From NCBI GenBank assembly GCA_035221665.1, contig CM069150.1, positions 36,580,001 to 36,644,000 of the forward strand: a stretch of DNA of 64,000 nucleotides, written 5' to 3'. Each line of letters opens with the position of its first letter. Within the stretch, counting starts at the first letter, position 1. Positions 49,004 through 61,812 of the stretch are shown piece by piece. The DNA is from Okamejei kenojei. Lineage: Eukaryota. The notes beneath the pieces are model-generated. The model worked only from the letters and a program-made list of their open reading frames with translations. It did not search any database and had not been told where the DNA came from. The translations under genes and the position numbers were made by a program.

Positions 49004-50137
49004 TGCAAAATGTTTTTTTGACAAGGAATATTGAATACACTCCATATCCAGAGCCCTCTGAGTTCACACCACGAAGAGTGGATAGCTTGCTAAAATGAGC
49101 AATGTTGCCTAATCTGATCTTGTCTGGGATTTTTCAAAGGGTTGTTGAAACTTTTTAATGCATATTTTAAGCATAATTATTGCTCACAGATTGATACTAA
49201 AAGTGACATTTTTCTTCTCTTCTTGGACTGATGATCAAAGTGATATTGTATCTGGGCTCTGTTCAAAGAACTTTCTACAGCTCATTATTATTCCAGTAAA
49301 GCTTTTGTGGTAAAGCTGGCTATGTAAGTCCTGGAGTTTTACAATCTGCTAGACCTCGGTGGTAATGGTAGTATACAGAAGAAGGTAAATCTTGCTGTTT
49401 TATTATAATAGCACATGCATTTAAATCTGCAGTGTACCATTTTGTGGACTTTGTTTGGCTAGATTTCAAAATGGAAATCTAGCCTGTGTATATATATTTA
49501 AATATATATTCAATAAATATAGAAAATATGCATTCAGTATATTCAATTAAAAATCGCTGTTCTCAAATCCTCCATGACTCATTTGCAAGTGCTCTGAGTA
49601 ATGTGTCATCTGGCATAAAAGAGCAGGGTGGTTCCTATTTAATTTTCGGTTTTTGCTGAGTTCCTCGGCTTGAAAATGGTGTGTTTGGGAGAAAGAAGGA
49701 GGGAGGAAACAGGAATCACAGTGCTCATTGGATCAAAGAGAAAATAAATCATATAGGATTTGCTACTCCTATTTTCTAATCCATGGCTGTAAATGTTTCG
49801 TGTATGAAGACATCCAGATCCTCTATGCAGTGGCATTCTGTGATCTCTCTCCATTTAAACAATATTTAGCTATTCTTCCGACCAAAGGGAATGACCTTAC
49901 AATTCCCCACATTATAACTCATCCACTAAATTTGCACCCTCCCTTGAGATCTACTCAAAATCCTTTTCCAGACACTTTCTGTCCTCCTCACAATTCAGTC
50001 TCTCATCCAACTTTGGATAGTCAGCAAATCTGTCTTTGGTTCCTGTTCCTCAGCCATGAATATAAACTGTAAATAATTGAGGCTTCAGCACTGATCCCTA
50101 TGGCCCCTCACTGGTTACACAATGCCCGTTTTATCTT

Positions 50138-50437
50138 ATAGTTTAGTTTAGAAATACAGTGTGGATACAGGCCCTTCAGCCCACTGAGTCCGTGCTGACC
50201 AACGGTCACTCACACATTAATTCTATCTTACACACCGGGTCCTATTTTACAGAAGCCATTTAACCTACAAACCCGCATGTCTTTAGGATGTGGAAGCAAA
50301 CCGGAGCATCCAGAGGAAACCCACGTGGTCACAGGGAGAACGTACAAACTCCACACAGACAGCACCCGAGGTCCAGATCAAACCCGAATCTCTGGCGCTG
50401 TAAGGTAGCAATTCTACCGCTGCACCACTGGGCCGCT
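50138..50437 (-). mobile_element. V-SINE inserted in an older CR1-like remnant (~49830-50900)
   Basis: Full SINE blocks; flanks contain gcttcagcactgatccc, similar to the CR1 RT region at ~33130. Confidence 0.78.
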
Positions 50438-51013
50438 GGTTCTCTATTTCCTATTAGTTGGCCAGTCATCTATCCATGGTAATACATAATCCCTCAAAGC
50501 AACCTTGTGCAATCACCTTCAATGTGACATCTTATTGATTGCCATTTGGAAATTCAGATGCATGGCATCTACGATATCCTCATGTATTACACTCTCCAAA
50601 AACTCCAATAAGTTTGTAAACATTATTTCACTTTCATAAAACTATCTCCAATGTGATTTTCTAAATGTCCTGCTGTTACTTCCTCAAAACTGGATTTTAG
50701 CACTTTTCCCAATGAGGGATGCTAAGATGACAATCCTGTGACTTCCTGCTTCCTGTCTTCCTTCTTGAATAGGAATGTTACATTTGCAGGTTTCCAATTT
50801 ATTGGCACCTTTCCAGAGTTAAGGTAATTTTGGAAATTTATGCTGAAACCCATCCTTTACCTCTGCACCTCCTTAATTTAACGTGCTATCATTTGGACCA
50901 TCAGGTCAAGGAAATTATGCACTTTAGTCTCCCTGGACAAAAAAAATAGACTGCTGCAGGAACTCTTGATCAGGCGGCGTATGTGGTGTGGGGGGGGGGG
51001 GGGGGGGGGGGGG

Positions 51014-51685
51014 AATAGTTGCAGATATTTAAAAGTGGCAATACAGGTAGATATGATGGTCAAAAAGGCTTTCGGCACATTGGCCTTGATCAGTCAGTGT
51101 ATTGAATAAAGACATTTTTAGGTCATGTTGCAGTTATATAAGATGTTGGTGAGGCCGCATTTAAGTATTCAGTTTTGCGGACCATGTTATATGGAAGAAT
51201 GCTGGAAAAGGTGTAAAGAAGCTTTACGAGGATGTTGCCTGGGCTTGAGGGCCTGAGCTTTAGGGAAAGGTTGAACAGGCTGGGACTCTATTCGTTGGAG
51301 CGCAGGGGGATGAGTGGTGATCTTATTGACGTGTACAAAATCATCAGAGGAATAGATCGGGTAAATGCACAGAGTCTCTTGCCCAGAGTAGGAGAATCGA
51401 GAACCAGGGGACATAGCATGGGGGGGGGGGGTAAAGATTTAATAGGAATCTAAGGAGTAACTTCTTTACACAAAGGATGGTGGGTGTATGAAACGAGCTG
51501 CCGGAGCAGGTAGTTGAGGCAGGTACTTTTGCGACATTTAAGAAACATTTTGAATATTGGCAGGATAGGTTTAGAGGCAGGGATATGGGCCAAACGCAGG
51601 CAGGTGGGACGAGTGTAGATGGGGCATGTTGGTCGGCATGGGAAAGTTGGGCTGAAGGGCTAAACACCCTATAACTCTATGACTA
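51014..51685 (+). mobile_element. CR1-type LINE 3' part
   Basis: ORF 51232-51453 reads [37 protein letters not shown]; (ctatga)n-like tail. Confidence 0.88.
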
Positions 51686-52494
51686 AATGCACAGATGATG
51701 TTTCAAGTCAGAACCCATCTTCAGACATAATCTGAGCAAATCATTTCAACCCCATAACCTGAAGCTCCAGTTCCGGATGGGAACTCCATTCATTGTGTTT
51801 CACTAAGCAAAATGCGTTTCTAATAAGAATCTCCGGGAGTGTCTACAAAACCATAGCTAACATCGCAACTATATCTTGAGGTGTAATGCTTCGTTACTTT
51901 AAGCCTTGTTATTATGTCACCTGCCATTTCCCCAGTTCCTATTTTGCTATAAAAATGCTTCTATCCACACTCCCAATGTTATTTTTTTCTGAAAATCATT
52001 TAATATAATTGGATGTATGTCACCAGATTCACATCAGTTGCTTTTCCAAGTTATATCTTTGCAATGAAATGTTCGCATTCTGCTTAACTCCTATTATGAA
52101 GTCTACCTCTTTCCCGCTGATTTGTTTAAAATTATAAAAGTTTTGTAAACCAATTTTTTTCCCTCTTTTTTATTCCCTTTTATATTTGCGTTTTATTCCC
52201 TCTTGTCTCATTTCTTTTCATGAAATGGCATTCACCTCTGGGCAAAAATCTGTATCCTGTTCATCTGGACATTATTATTCTTTTTTATTTTGCGGTGTTA
52301 TGGTACTAAAGTAACTAGATGTCTTTAAATCTATTCCACGTAATTCCAAATGCCACACTTTCTGTGGGAAAGCAAGTCTGAGTGAGATCCTAAAAGGCAG
52401 CAACGTTTAAAGAGCAATTTCTGTCAGGAACTGGACCGTCAAGATTGAGATGGAAATGACTTGTTCACATTATGAGCATTAGGTCAGAGGTTAT

Positions 52495-52855
52495 ATAGAT
52501 AGAGTGGGTGTGGAGAGAATGTTTATTGTAGTGCAAGAGTCTAGGACTAGAGGTCATACCCTCGGAATTAAAGGACGTTATTTTAGGAAGGAGATGAGGA
52601 GGAATTTCTTCAGTCAGAGGGTGGTGAATCCGTCGAATTCATTTCCACTGAAGGCTGTGGAGGCCAAGTCAATGGATATTTTTAAGGCAGAGATAGATAG
52701 ATAGATTCTTGATTAGTACAGGTGTCAGGGGTTATGCAGAGAAGGAAGGAGAATGGGGTTAGGAGGAGAGATAGATCAGCTGTGATTGAATGGCAGTGTA
52801 GACTTGATGGGCTGAATGGCCTGATTGTCTCCTATCTTTTATGAACTTATGAACA
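52495..52855 (+). mobile_element. CR1 3' end
   Basis: ORF 52504-52704 reads ESRTRGHTLGIKGR...FSQRVVN. Confidence 0.85.
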
Positions 52856-53257
52856 GTCTAGGAGCAGAGTTCAACAGTTTGGGAGTTATTTTACTGATAG
52901 GATGGATACATGTGGAATACAACTGGGTTACTTAAGCATCCCTGTTTGAGAGGCCAGTTTTAACAGGCAATTTAGGGTCTAATTGCTGACTACCATTATT
53001 TGAATTTTCCTTGGATGCAAAAGTAAAAGATTTGGCATTTGACCACAGACCAGAAGCATTTCATGAGCAGTTGCTTCTGACGAAATACCAGGCAGCCTTT
53101 TTAATATGTGCTAGCAGTTAGTTTAAATGACATTTATCCTCATAAGAACCCATGAATACTTACTTCTGTCTTTTGGTTCAGTTCCCTTACAAAATTAACG
53201 CCTTGTACTAAACTCAGATCGAGGCGATGTTTCTGCTGAAGGTACCACCATCACGTC

Positions 53258-53400
53258 AAGTTCATAAATTCTATGCGCAGAATTAGGCCATTCGGCCCGT
53301 CACGTCTACTCTGCCATTTAATCACGACTGATCTATCTTTCCCTCTCAACCCCATTCCCCTGCCTTGTCCCCATAACACCTGACACCCATACTAATCAAG
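53258..53400 (-). mobile_element. CR1 3' UTR fragment
   Basis: agaattaggccattcggccc...ctaatcaagaa; inverted relative to 52495-52855. Confidence 0.75.
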
Positions 53401-53609
53401 AACTCCAGACTCTTGTTATCAAAATAAACTGTCAAAAAAAACAAATCTTTATATGGTGTCCACACATTTAGCTTTCCTTTCCAAATAATCAGATATGTTT
53501 AATTTTCCAAATCATTTTTTTTTTTGTCGTTTAATTTTATTTTGAATCTGAAAAAATAATTTAAAAAATGGAATGATTTCATAATGAAATGAGAGTGAGG
53601 CCGAGAAGT

Positions 53610-53930
53610 CGCAGCACAGTGCCACAGCGGTAGAGTTGCTGCCTTACAGCACCAGAGACCTGGGTTCGATCCTCACTACAGGTGCTGTCTGTATGGAGTT
53701 TGTACGTTCTCCCCGTGACCGCTTGGGCTTCCTGCGGGTGCTCTGGTTTCCTCCAACTTTCCAACATTCCAAAGATGTACAGGTTTGCGGGTTAATTGAC
53801 TTTGGTAAGTTGCAAAAAAAATTGTCCCTAGTGTGTAGGATAGTGTTAGCGTACGGGGTGATCGCTGGTTGCCACGGACGCGGTGGGCTGAAGGGCCTCT
53901 TTCCACGCTGTATCTCTAAAGTCCAAAGTC
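53610..53930 (+). mobile_element. V-SINE, full length
   Basis: Head with gggttcgatcc through to tgtatctctaaagtc tail. Confidence 0.88.
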
Positions 53931-56900
53931 GCATAGATCATACTCAGTGGTGCACAGTGGCCCACTCAATATTCTTTTGGAGAGCTACACAGCATTAAGT
54001 TGCAGAATAGGGCTCACATAATTTGTGATTGTAAAGGCCCTTCCACGGTATGGTCCACTGTTGCAAAGGTAAACAGTTAAGTCATGAACAGTTATGGGAG
54101 GATTAAGGTTTCGGGCAGGGAATCAGAATCTCAAGGAGTGAACAGCTACAAAACAGGCTACTGGGGCTTGGAAAATGTTGGTTTGGTAATTGTGGGTATT
54201 GACAATAATCAGACTAATGAAGGGAATCCACAATCTCGTCAATGGGATAAGGTTGGCCTTAATAGGGGGAAGTAGGAGGCAACCTTCTGATGTGGCTAGT
54301 TGCAGTGAAACACACAGCAATGGCTATATTTTGTGTTGGAGATTTTTGGGCAGTGTAGAACATCTGGCCGGAGATTGGGAATTTGTCAAGAGCTGGGACA
54401 GAAATTGGAGGTACTGTAAGGTGTTGAGAATATGATAATGCCCATGGGTCAGGCTAGATGTAATGGGCATCAGGCAGGAGAAACAAGATGTAATAAAAAT
54501 GAACTGCAGATACTGGTTTATACCAAAGATAGACACGGAATGCTGCAATAAATCAGCGGCATTTCTGGAGAAAATGGATAGGTAACATCTGGTAGTAGGG
54601 GCTCCAGTGGCAAGGATCAACCTTATGATCAGAGTGGGGTATTGTCTGATCTACTGATGGGTGGCGATATGGGTATGATTGCTGAAGAGGGTCAGTGCAG
54701 AGTAGATGGCGCGCTCAGTGCGGGGTGGCAAGGCCATTGGCTAGTGGAGAGGAGGGGACAATAATTTTGCAGGGTCCATGGGATTCCCAGAAGCAGAACT
54801 CTCAGGCAGGTAACAAAAGTCAACTTCACATGGAAATAGTTTAAAGATGCTCCTTCACAATGTTGATATTACTGTGCATGTTTGACTATGGAACTTGCTG
54901 TAAGGCCACACGTATAAGTGGTCTGCTACGTGTTAAAAATTCAAGCCCTACCAATCATGGAAATGTATTTGAGTATCTCTGAAAACTGCTGCAAGTATGT
55001 TGGCCTACAACATTGGAAGATTGGAATGCAATGGAGGGAAATTTTGCTTTGAAGGTAGATATGACTTTGAAAATTTACCAGAATTATACTAGAGGTGAAT
55101 GGTGAAGTAAACTGGAAAAATAATAAGAAAGATCCAAAAGTTATTTGTTCCAGTATAGAAATCCAAAATAAGAAGACTCAATCTAGAAATGAGGCCTGAC
55201 CCAATAGGAATGAAACCCACTAGCACTGTCTCATTTAGAGGCCAGTAGGAAGCTGATGCTCTTTCTCATGGATGCAGAATCAATTGAAATTTTTAAAATG
55301 TATTAGATTTGTAGGGGATAGGAATATTAAAGATATATGATGCAAGTTGAGACAAGTGGATTTGACCCATGGTCAAAGAATATAACAATTGTGAGACGAT
55401 GCATGGGTCTCTCCTGTTCTCATGGACAATCCTTTATGCTTAGTTTAGTTTAGAGATACAGCATAGAAACAGGCCCTTCAGCCCACCAGGTCAATGCTGC
55501 CCATCGATCACCCATTAAGTTGCTACTATTGTGAGCATAAGCTGGCTTTATCACTTGGTGTTTGCTGTTGGCTTTTGTATTCTGTCATATTTATTTTGTT
55601 GAATTTGATGTATTGCCTTTCCACACCTCAAACCATTCACATAACGATTTAACTTTGCAAACACTGCAATATTTTAAACCAGTTAAGTCGAGTCTACATA
55701 TTGTAAATCAATCAAGGCCAAATCACACCTCTAATTCATGTCTTTGTAGTGTATTTCACACAGGTTGCAGTATGTACATTACTGGCCTAATTCATATTAT
55801 CTAAAGAAGGTCTACTTTTATTGACCTAGGCGGGCTAGAGGGGGGAAATTATCCCATTTTAAGTATTCCAGCCTTGTCATAATGGATTAATTGTTGTGGG
55901 GATAATTGGTAAAGAAACTTATTACAGTTTTATAGGTCAACCACATTTTGATGTGAGGGCCAACTAAATTAAGTTGCACCAGTGAAACTGAGTTTTTTTT
56001 ACAGAAACTTCATGGGACTTCTTCAAAAGGCTGGAGCACTTTAATCAGGTATGTAGCGAAGATTTGATTGCTGACAAAGAAATGGGATAAAACTTTTATT
56101 AATGTATCGTAGATTGATTTTTTTTTTGAGCATTCACTGGAGATATGGTTACATTCAGGGGACATGATATGTGAGAGAATCTGGTCTGCACGCAGAAATA
56201 GCTTGCTTAAGTGAAAGAAAGGAAACGGCAGCTTTAAGTCAGGGAGTCCCTGTCTGTAACACCCAGACAGAGGTAAGCCGGGGCTGTGAAAAAACAAAAA
56301 TTCAATTTTCAAGTCTGCAAAATACAGTGCACTCTTTTATAACTGGACATATCAAATTTGTTATGATAGCAAAGCCAGCTCTATGGCAACTGTTGTAACG
56401 CTTTGGAGCTGACTGCCCAGGAAGGATGGGGAAAGCCGTTTTGTTTGTTGTTTCTGGCAGGGCTTGCTGGCTTAACTCACTCTTATTCTGTAGGGGGACC
56501 TTTGAGAGCATTCTTTTCCATACCAGAAGCCCTGCCAATCTGGCAGGGCTCATCGCTGCTCCCACACCTCCTCACAACACCCTCCCCGTCCTATTTTCAG
56601 CTGTTTGCCACCAAAATGTCTGATCTCCCCCAAACGCGGCTGCAGAGGTTAATGGAAAAAATTAAGTGCGCATGGCACGTCGCAGAAATTTGTTGCATTG
56701 CTTAACAAGGCTTCCCCTCTATAAACAGCTCTTGTAAACCGCTGTGCACAGCTATCTGCCGTACTTCTTATTCACTGCCGCAGTGCCAAGCGTGAAACCT
56801 TTTGATCATTTTCTCCAACTAAAGTGAAAATAATGAGGGTTTGGTTTACAGGTAGATTTTGACACTCAGCAATTTTGTGTTTAATTCCGTAATGAAAGCC

Positions 56901-57780
56901 ACATTGGGATTTCTGTTCAGTGAGTGCTGATGCCTGTAATAAACTTGCCAGATAGAAGAGGCTTCTGATGAGATGACTGGAAAATACAAAATAGCAACTG
57001 TAGGGATAGTGTTTTTATCCAGTTCACAATCTGTCAAAAGCATTGTGCTCTGTGAGTGATATGTTAATGTTTTCACTGGGTCTGCCCATATTCTACATGT
57101 CCCGCATAGTTGCTGCTATGAGTCACTGACAACTCAATGGATTTTCTGTGTCCAAAATATAATAAGCTTATCTACGTTCCTGTTTATTCAGTGATTGGTG
57201 TTCTTTGATACTGGATGTGCAATGCCAAATTCTTCCAAAGATATCAACATTTGACATTGATGGATGTTCTTAAATTATGATAGGAAGATCTGGCTGGGTA
57301 TCTGCATTATAAACCAAACCACAGATTTTATTCAGAGTCTTGCAAAAGAAGGAGACCAAGGTTCTTATCTATGGTGCAAAAAGTGTGCATCTTTTTAATC
57401 AACAAAACAACTTACATTTTCTTTTTGGGCTGTCAGAATGGAAATCGCATAATTTGAATTTTGGTGAATCTCATCTTTTAGTTCAGCTAACCAGTGTGGC
57501 AAAATTATCATCCAATTATAACCCAAATCAGAAGAAAAAAGATATAAAATCAGAATGCAGAAATATCTAAATATGCATTGTAATAATTTGAAATCTACTT
57601 TCACAGAGAATGTCAGAAGTTGTGGTTTATTAATACCAAGCTAGGTTTGGGGTGAATACTCAGCTGAGAAAATACAGTCTAAGTTGTCCCAATATGGAGG
57701 ATAATACTAATGCCTCATACCTTGCTTATAAAGTGCTCAAGGAGCCCATTAAGATCTTTGATGCTGCAGGGCTCAATGTA

Positions 57781-58005
57781 ATCTGCAGATGCTAGTTTCG
57801 ACCGAAGATAGACAAAAAAAGCTGGCGTAACTCAGCGAGACAGGCAGCATTTCTGGAGAAAAGGAATAGGTGACGTTTTGGGTTGAGATCCTTCTGCAGA
57901 CTGAGAGTCAGGGAAAAGGAAAACGAGAGATATAGTTTGTGATTATAGAGAGATATAGGACAAATGAATGAAAGATATGCATAAAGTAACGATGATCAAG
58001 GAAAG
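57781..58005 (-). mobile_element. Fold-back family arm with 5' extension
   Basis: ctgcagatgct...tgacgttttgggttgagatccttctgcagactgagagtcaggg, continuing into purine-rich sequence. Confidence 0.65.
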
Positions 58006-58607
58006 GTAGTAATCCTGTGATAATCCTGGTTTCGGACATTTCAATGCTGGGAGGCATCTTGAGATTCCATAGTGAATCCACCCCCTCTCACACCCACCAC
58101 AGATCTGATTTACTGTTAAAGTAAATAAATAGTAAATGATGGCCAATTCATATGTGAGTTCCAAAAATGCAGTTCTTTCAGACATGTTCTCATGCCAGGA
58201 TTACTTCATGTGAAGATTTATCTGAACTGTGTCGCTCAGAGTTTATTTAAATTTCTTGAAAGTGTGCACACTGCTGGCTGGGGGCTCAATACGTTTAACT
58301 GGTGGATGTGGAGGTTCTGTACGTGTGTGTGTGTGTGAGCACTCGTGTGGAACTGTCTGCTCTATCTGGCAGTCAAAACCACAGACAGACAGGCCTGAGG
58401 TCGGTCGGTACATGGGGCTGCACTTTGAAGTAACAGTGCAGTTCTGCACTCTTTCAGTTCACTTGTTAGATAAAGAGCATCAATGATTAGACATTTAGCT
58501 CTTAAAATATGTGACCAACCTTTTGCTGTTTCAAATTATTTAGAATAAACCTGAGGTGGGTGAGGGGGGAGGGGGTCAAGAAAACCAATATGATTTGCTT
58601 TTTGAAT

Positions 58608-58897
58608 TGTTTAGTTTAGTTCAGTTTAGTTTAGTTTAGAGTTACCGGGTGGAAACAGGCCCTTCGGCTCATCAAGTTCACAATGAACAGGAACACCAGG
58701 AACAATTTACAGAAGCCAATTAACCAACAAACCTGTACGTCTTTGGAATGTGGGAGGAAACCCGAAGCAACCAGGGAAAACCCACACGGTCACGGGGAGA
58801 GCGTGCAAACTCCATACGGACAGCACCTGTAGTCAGGATCAACCCAGGTCTTTGACGCTGTAAGGCAGCTACTCTACCACTGCGTCATTGTGCCGCG
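58608..58897 (-). mobile_element. V-SINE
   Basis: (tttag)n tail through to head. Confidence 0.82.
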
Positions 58898-59454
58898 CAT
58901 AATTGCTTGTAATAAAATGGTAAATTTTCCTTTGGATGCATCTCTGCAAATATAGAGCAACATGTTTTCAGGTTAACACGTGTCCCATTAAAATCCAAAG
59001 ATTTATTTTGCAAGGCAAGGCAAGATGATCAGTTGTCGTTGTATTTGCACTGTCAGCATTTCACTCTGGTATGGAAAATTCTAAACCACAGCAACTGACA
59101 CACAGTAACAAATGTTGTACCTGAAAACAAGCAGTTACCACCCACATGTTCAGCATTGCAATGAACTTCCACAGTTGAACAGCCACAAAGCAATGAAAAT
59201 GTACAGCTAGGGACTTTGAGATACTGCTGCCAGTTGAAGACATGATTGTTACTAAGGTACAGCCATTGATACAACAAACATCATCATATTTTGGAATAGA
59301 ATAGCCTTCCTGGAAGTTCAAGTTGAATGAGGTTGATCAAAAGGACATTTGTATAGTTTGATCAAGATGTCTGAATGAGAGGTGATGTGATTGGAATAAG
59401 TTGTCAACCAGATTCACTTCCAGCTTTACTAACACCGAACCAAATTAAGACAAA

Positions 59455-59750
59455 GCCAGAGGACATAGGTTTAAGGTGGTGGGGGGGGGGGGGGAGAGAT
59501 TTAATAGGAACCTGAGCATTAACATTTTTACACAAAGGGTGGTGGGTGTATGGAATGAGCTGCCAGAGGAGGTAGTTGAGGCAGGTACTATTGCAACGTT
59601 TAAGAAGCATTTAGGTAGGTGCATGGATTGGACAAATTTAGAGGGATATGGGCAAAACGCATGCAGGTGGGACTAGTGTGGATGAGGCATATTGGGCGGT
59701 GTGGGCAAGTTGGGTCGAAGGGCCTGTTTCCACTCTGTAAGATTCTATGA
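59455..59750 (+). mobile_element. CR1 3' end
   Basis: ORF 59476-59676 reads FTQRVVGVWNELPEEVVEAGTIATFKKHL. Confidence 0.85.
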
Positions 59751-59919
59751 CGAAGTTTTAACAAGCTATAATTGCAAACTTCATTTTCTCCTGTCTTGCA
59801 ATTGATCAATGACACCGTCATTGCAGTTATCCCAATGAAATTAAGCAGGTGGGCAGGGCAGAAATAACATCTCTAATTGACAATTTTAATGGCAAAGAAA
59901 ATGTTCAAAAAATGCAAAA

Positions 59920-60050
59920 AGAAAGAACTGCAGATGCTGGTTTACACAAAAGGACAAAAGTGCTGGAGTAATTCAGCAGGTCAGGCAGCGTCTCTGGAGA
60001 ACATGGTCAGTCTGAACAAGGTTCAGAGACGCTGCCTGACCCGCTGTTAC
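59920..60050. mobile_element. Internally deleted fold-back element
   Basis: ggtcaggcagcgtctctg ... cagagacgctgcctgacc inverted pair. Confidence 0.7.
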
Positions 60051-60099
60051 ATCCATTAATTAATTAGTTTTACATCCAAAAGTAATTGCTTCACATTGC

Positions 60100-60333
60100 N
60101 NNNNNNNNNNNNNNNNNNNNNNNNNNNNNNNNNNNNNNNNNNNNNNNNNNNNNNNNNNNNNNNNNNNNNNNNNNNNNNNNNNNNNNNNNNNNNNNNNNNN
60201 NNNNNNNNNNNNNNNNNNNNNNNNNNNNNNNNNNNNNNNNNNNNNNNNNNNNNNNNNNNNNNNNNNNNNNNNNNNNNNNNNNNNNNNNNNNNNNNNNNNN
60301 NNNNNNNNNNNNNNNNNNNNNNNNNNNNNNNNN
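60100..60333. other. Assembly gap, 234 N
   Basis: Run of N. Confidence 0.99.
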
Positions 60334-60643
60334 TTCACCAATATGCGTGGACAGACTTTGTTTGCAAAAGTAGATTTGAACTACTGCCGATTTCAGGTTT
60401 CACACTTATAACCTTGGTAGTTTGTTTGGGAAGCTTTTGAAAGTGACATAACGTGAGTTCAAGGTCTGCATGTTCATGTTAGTGTAAAAGGCAAGGTGGG
60501 CAGGAGTATGGAACCCCTGGATGACCAAAGACATTGAGACTGCACTGCTCCAGGGATTCACTTGATCCCAGCTGCTTGTACCTGACCCCTGTCTTCTTTT
60601 TACTGACCAGTGTCTCAGACCTTAAGAAGAAAGGTTTCGTCTT

Positions 60644-60765
60644 CATCTGAAGCAGGGTCTTGGCCCAAAACGTCACCCATTCCTTCTCACCAGAGATGCT
60701 GCCTGTTCCGCTGAGTTACTCCAGTTTTTTGTATCTATCTTCAGCATCTGCAGTTCCTTCTTACA
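60644..60765 (+). mobile_element. Fold-back element arm
   Basis: ctgaagcagggtcttggcccaaaacgtcaccc...catctgcagttccttc. Confidence 0.75.
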
Positions 60766-60921
60766 CTATATGGACCGTAGCAAGCCTCTTGATAAGGTTC
60801 CACATAGTAGACTGAAAGACTCCCTTCCCTGTAGCAGTCGGACAGCACCGTTACATATCCTGGATGCCACAAAGGAGACAATCAGATTCAGGATGGACAC
60901 AGACAGCTCCCAAATTCAGTC

Positions 60922-61340
60922 AGAAGGTCATAAGATCATAAGCGATAGGAGTAGACTTCTCCATTCGGCCCATCAAGTCCACTCCGCCATTCAATCATGG
61001 CTGATCTATCTCTCCCTCTTAACCCCAGTCTCCTGCCTTTTTCCCATAACCTCTGATACCTGTAGTAATCAAAATCTATCTATCTCTGCCTTACAAATAT
61101 CCACTGACTTGGCCACTACAGCCTTCTGTGGCAAAGAATTTCACAGATTCACGATCCTCTGACTAAATAAATTTCTCCTCACCTCCTTCCTAAAAGAACG
61201 TCCTTTAATTCTGAGGCTATGACGTCTGGGTCTTGGACTCTCCCACTAGTGGAAAGATCCTCTGCACATCCTCTACTCTACGTTTCTATGAGGCCCCCTC
61301 TCATTCTTCTAAACTCCAGCGAGTATAGGCAGTGTCGACA
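60922..61340 (-). mobile_element. CR1 3' end
   Basis: Aligns with 43645-44055. Confidence 0.82.
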
Positions 61341-61615
61341 AAGGGGAACATGCATGGTATGGAGATGCGTGACCGCACAGTGGATTTGAGCTTTGTGTTA
61401 TAATTGGCATTGAAATGGGAGGAAAAAGCCACAGTTCCACTTATAATAGATATGTACTTGACATTGGGACTGTCAGGCGTGCTAACGTGGACAACCTACA
61501 CTCTGTACAATTACATTTGGAAATGATGGCAATGATGTACTGTGGCAAAAGCAAGGTTAAAGCCAAAAGAATTGACGCAAAATTGTCCAATTTATAGGCA
61601 ATCAAGTTTTAGTTG

Positions 61616-61812
61616 TGTAGGAAGGAACTGCAGATGCTGGTTTAAACCGAAGATAGACACAAAAAGCTGGAGTATCTCCTGAAGCAGGACAGGCAGCATC
61701 TCAGGAGAGAAGGAATGTCTGAAGAAGGGTCTCCACCCGAAACGTCACCCATTCCGTCTCTCCAGAGATGCTGACTGTCCCACTGAGTTACTCCGGCTTT
61801 TTGAGTCTATCA
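61616..61812. mobile_element. Fold-back hammerhead element with 12-bp TSD
   Basis: aagttttagttg at 61604-61615 and 61813-61824; core ctgaagaagggtctccacccgaaacgtc at 61719-61746. Confidence 0.85.

Noticed and set aside
60060-60440. ORFs spanning X residues
   Set aside because: Artefacts of the assembly gap.
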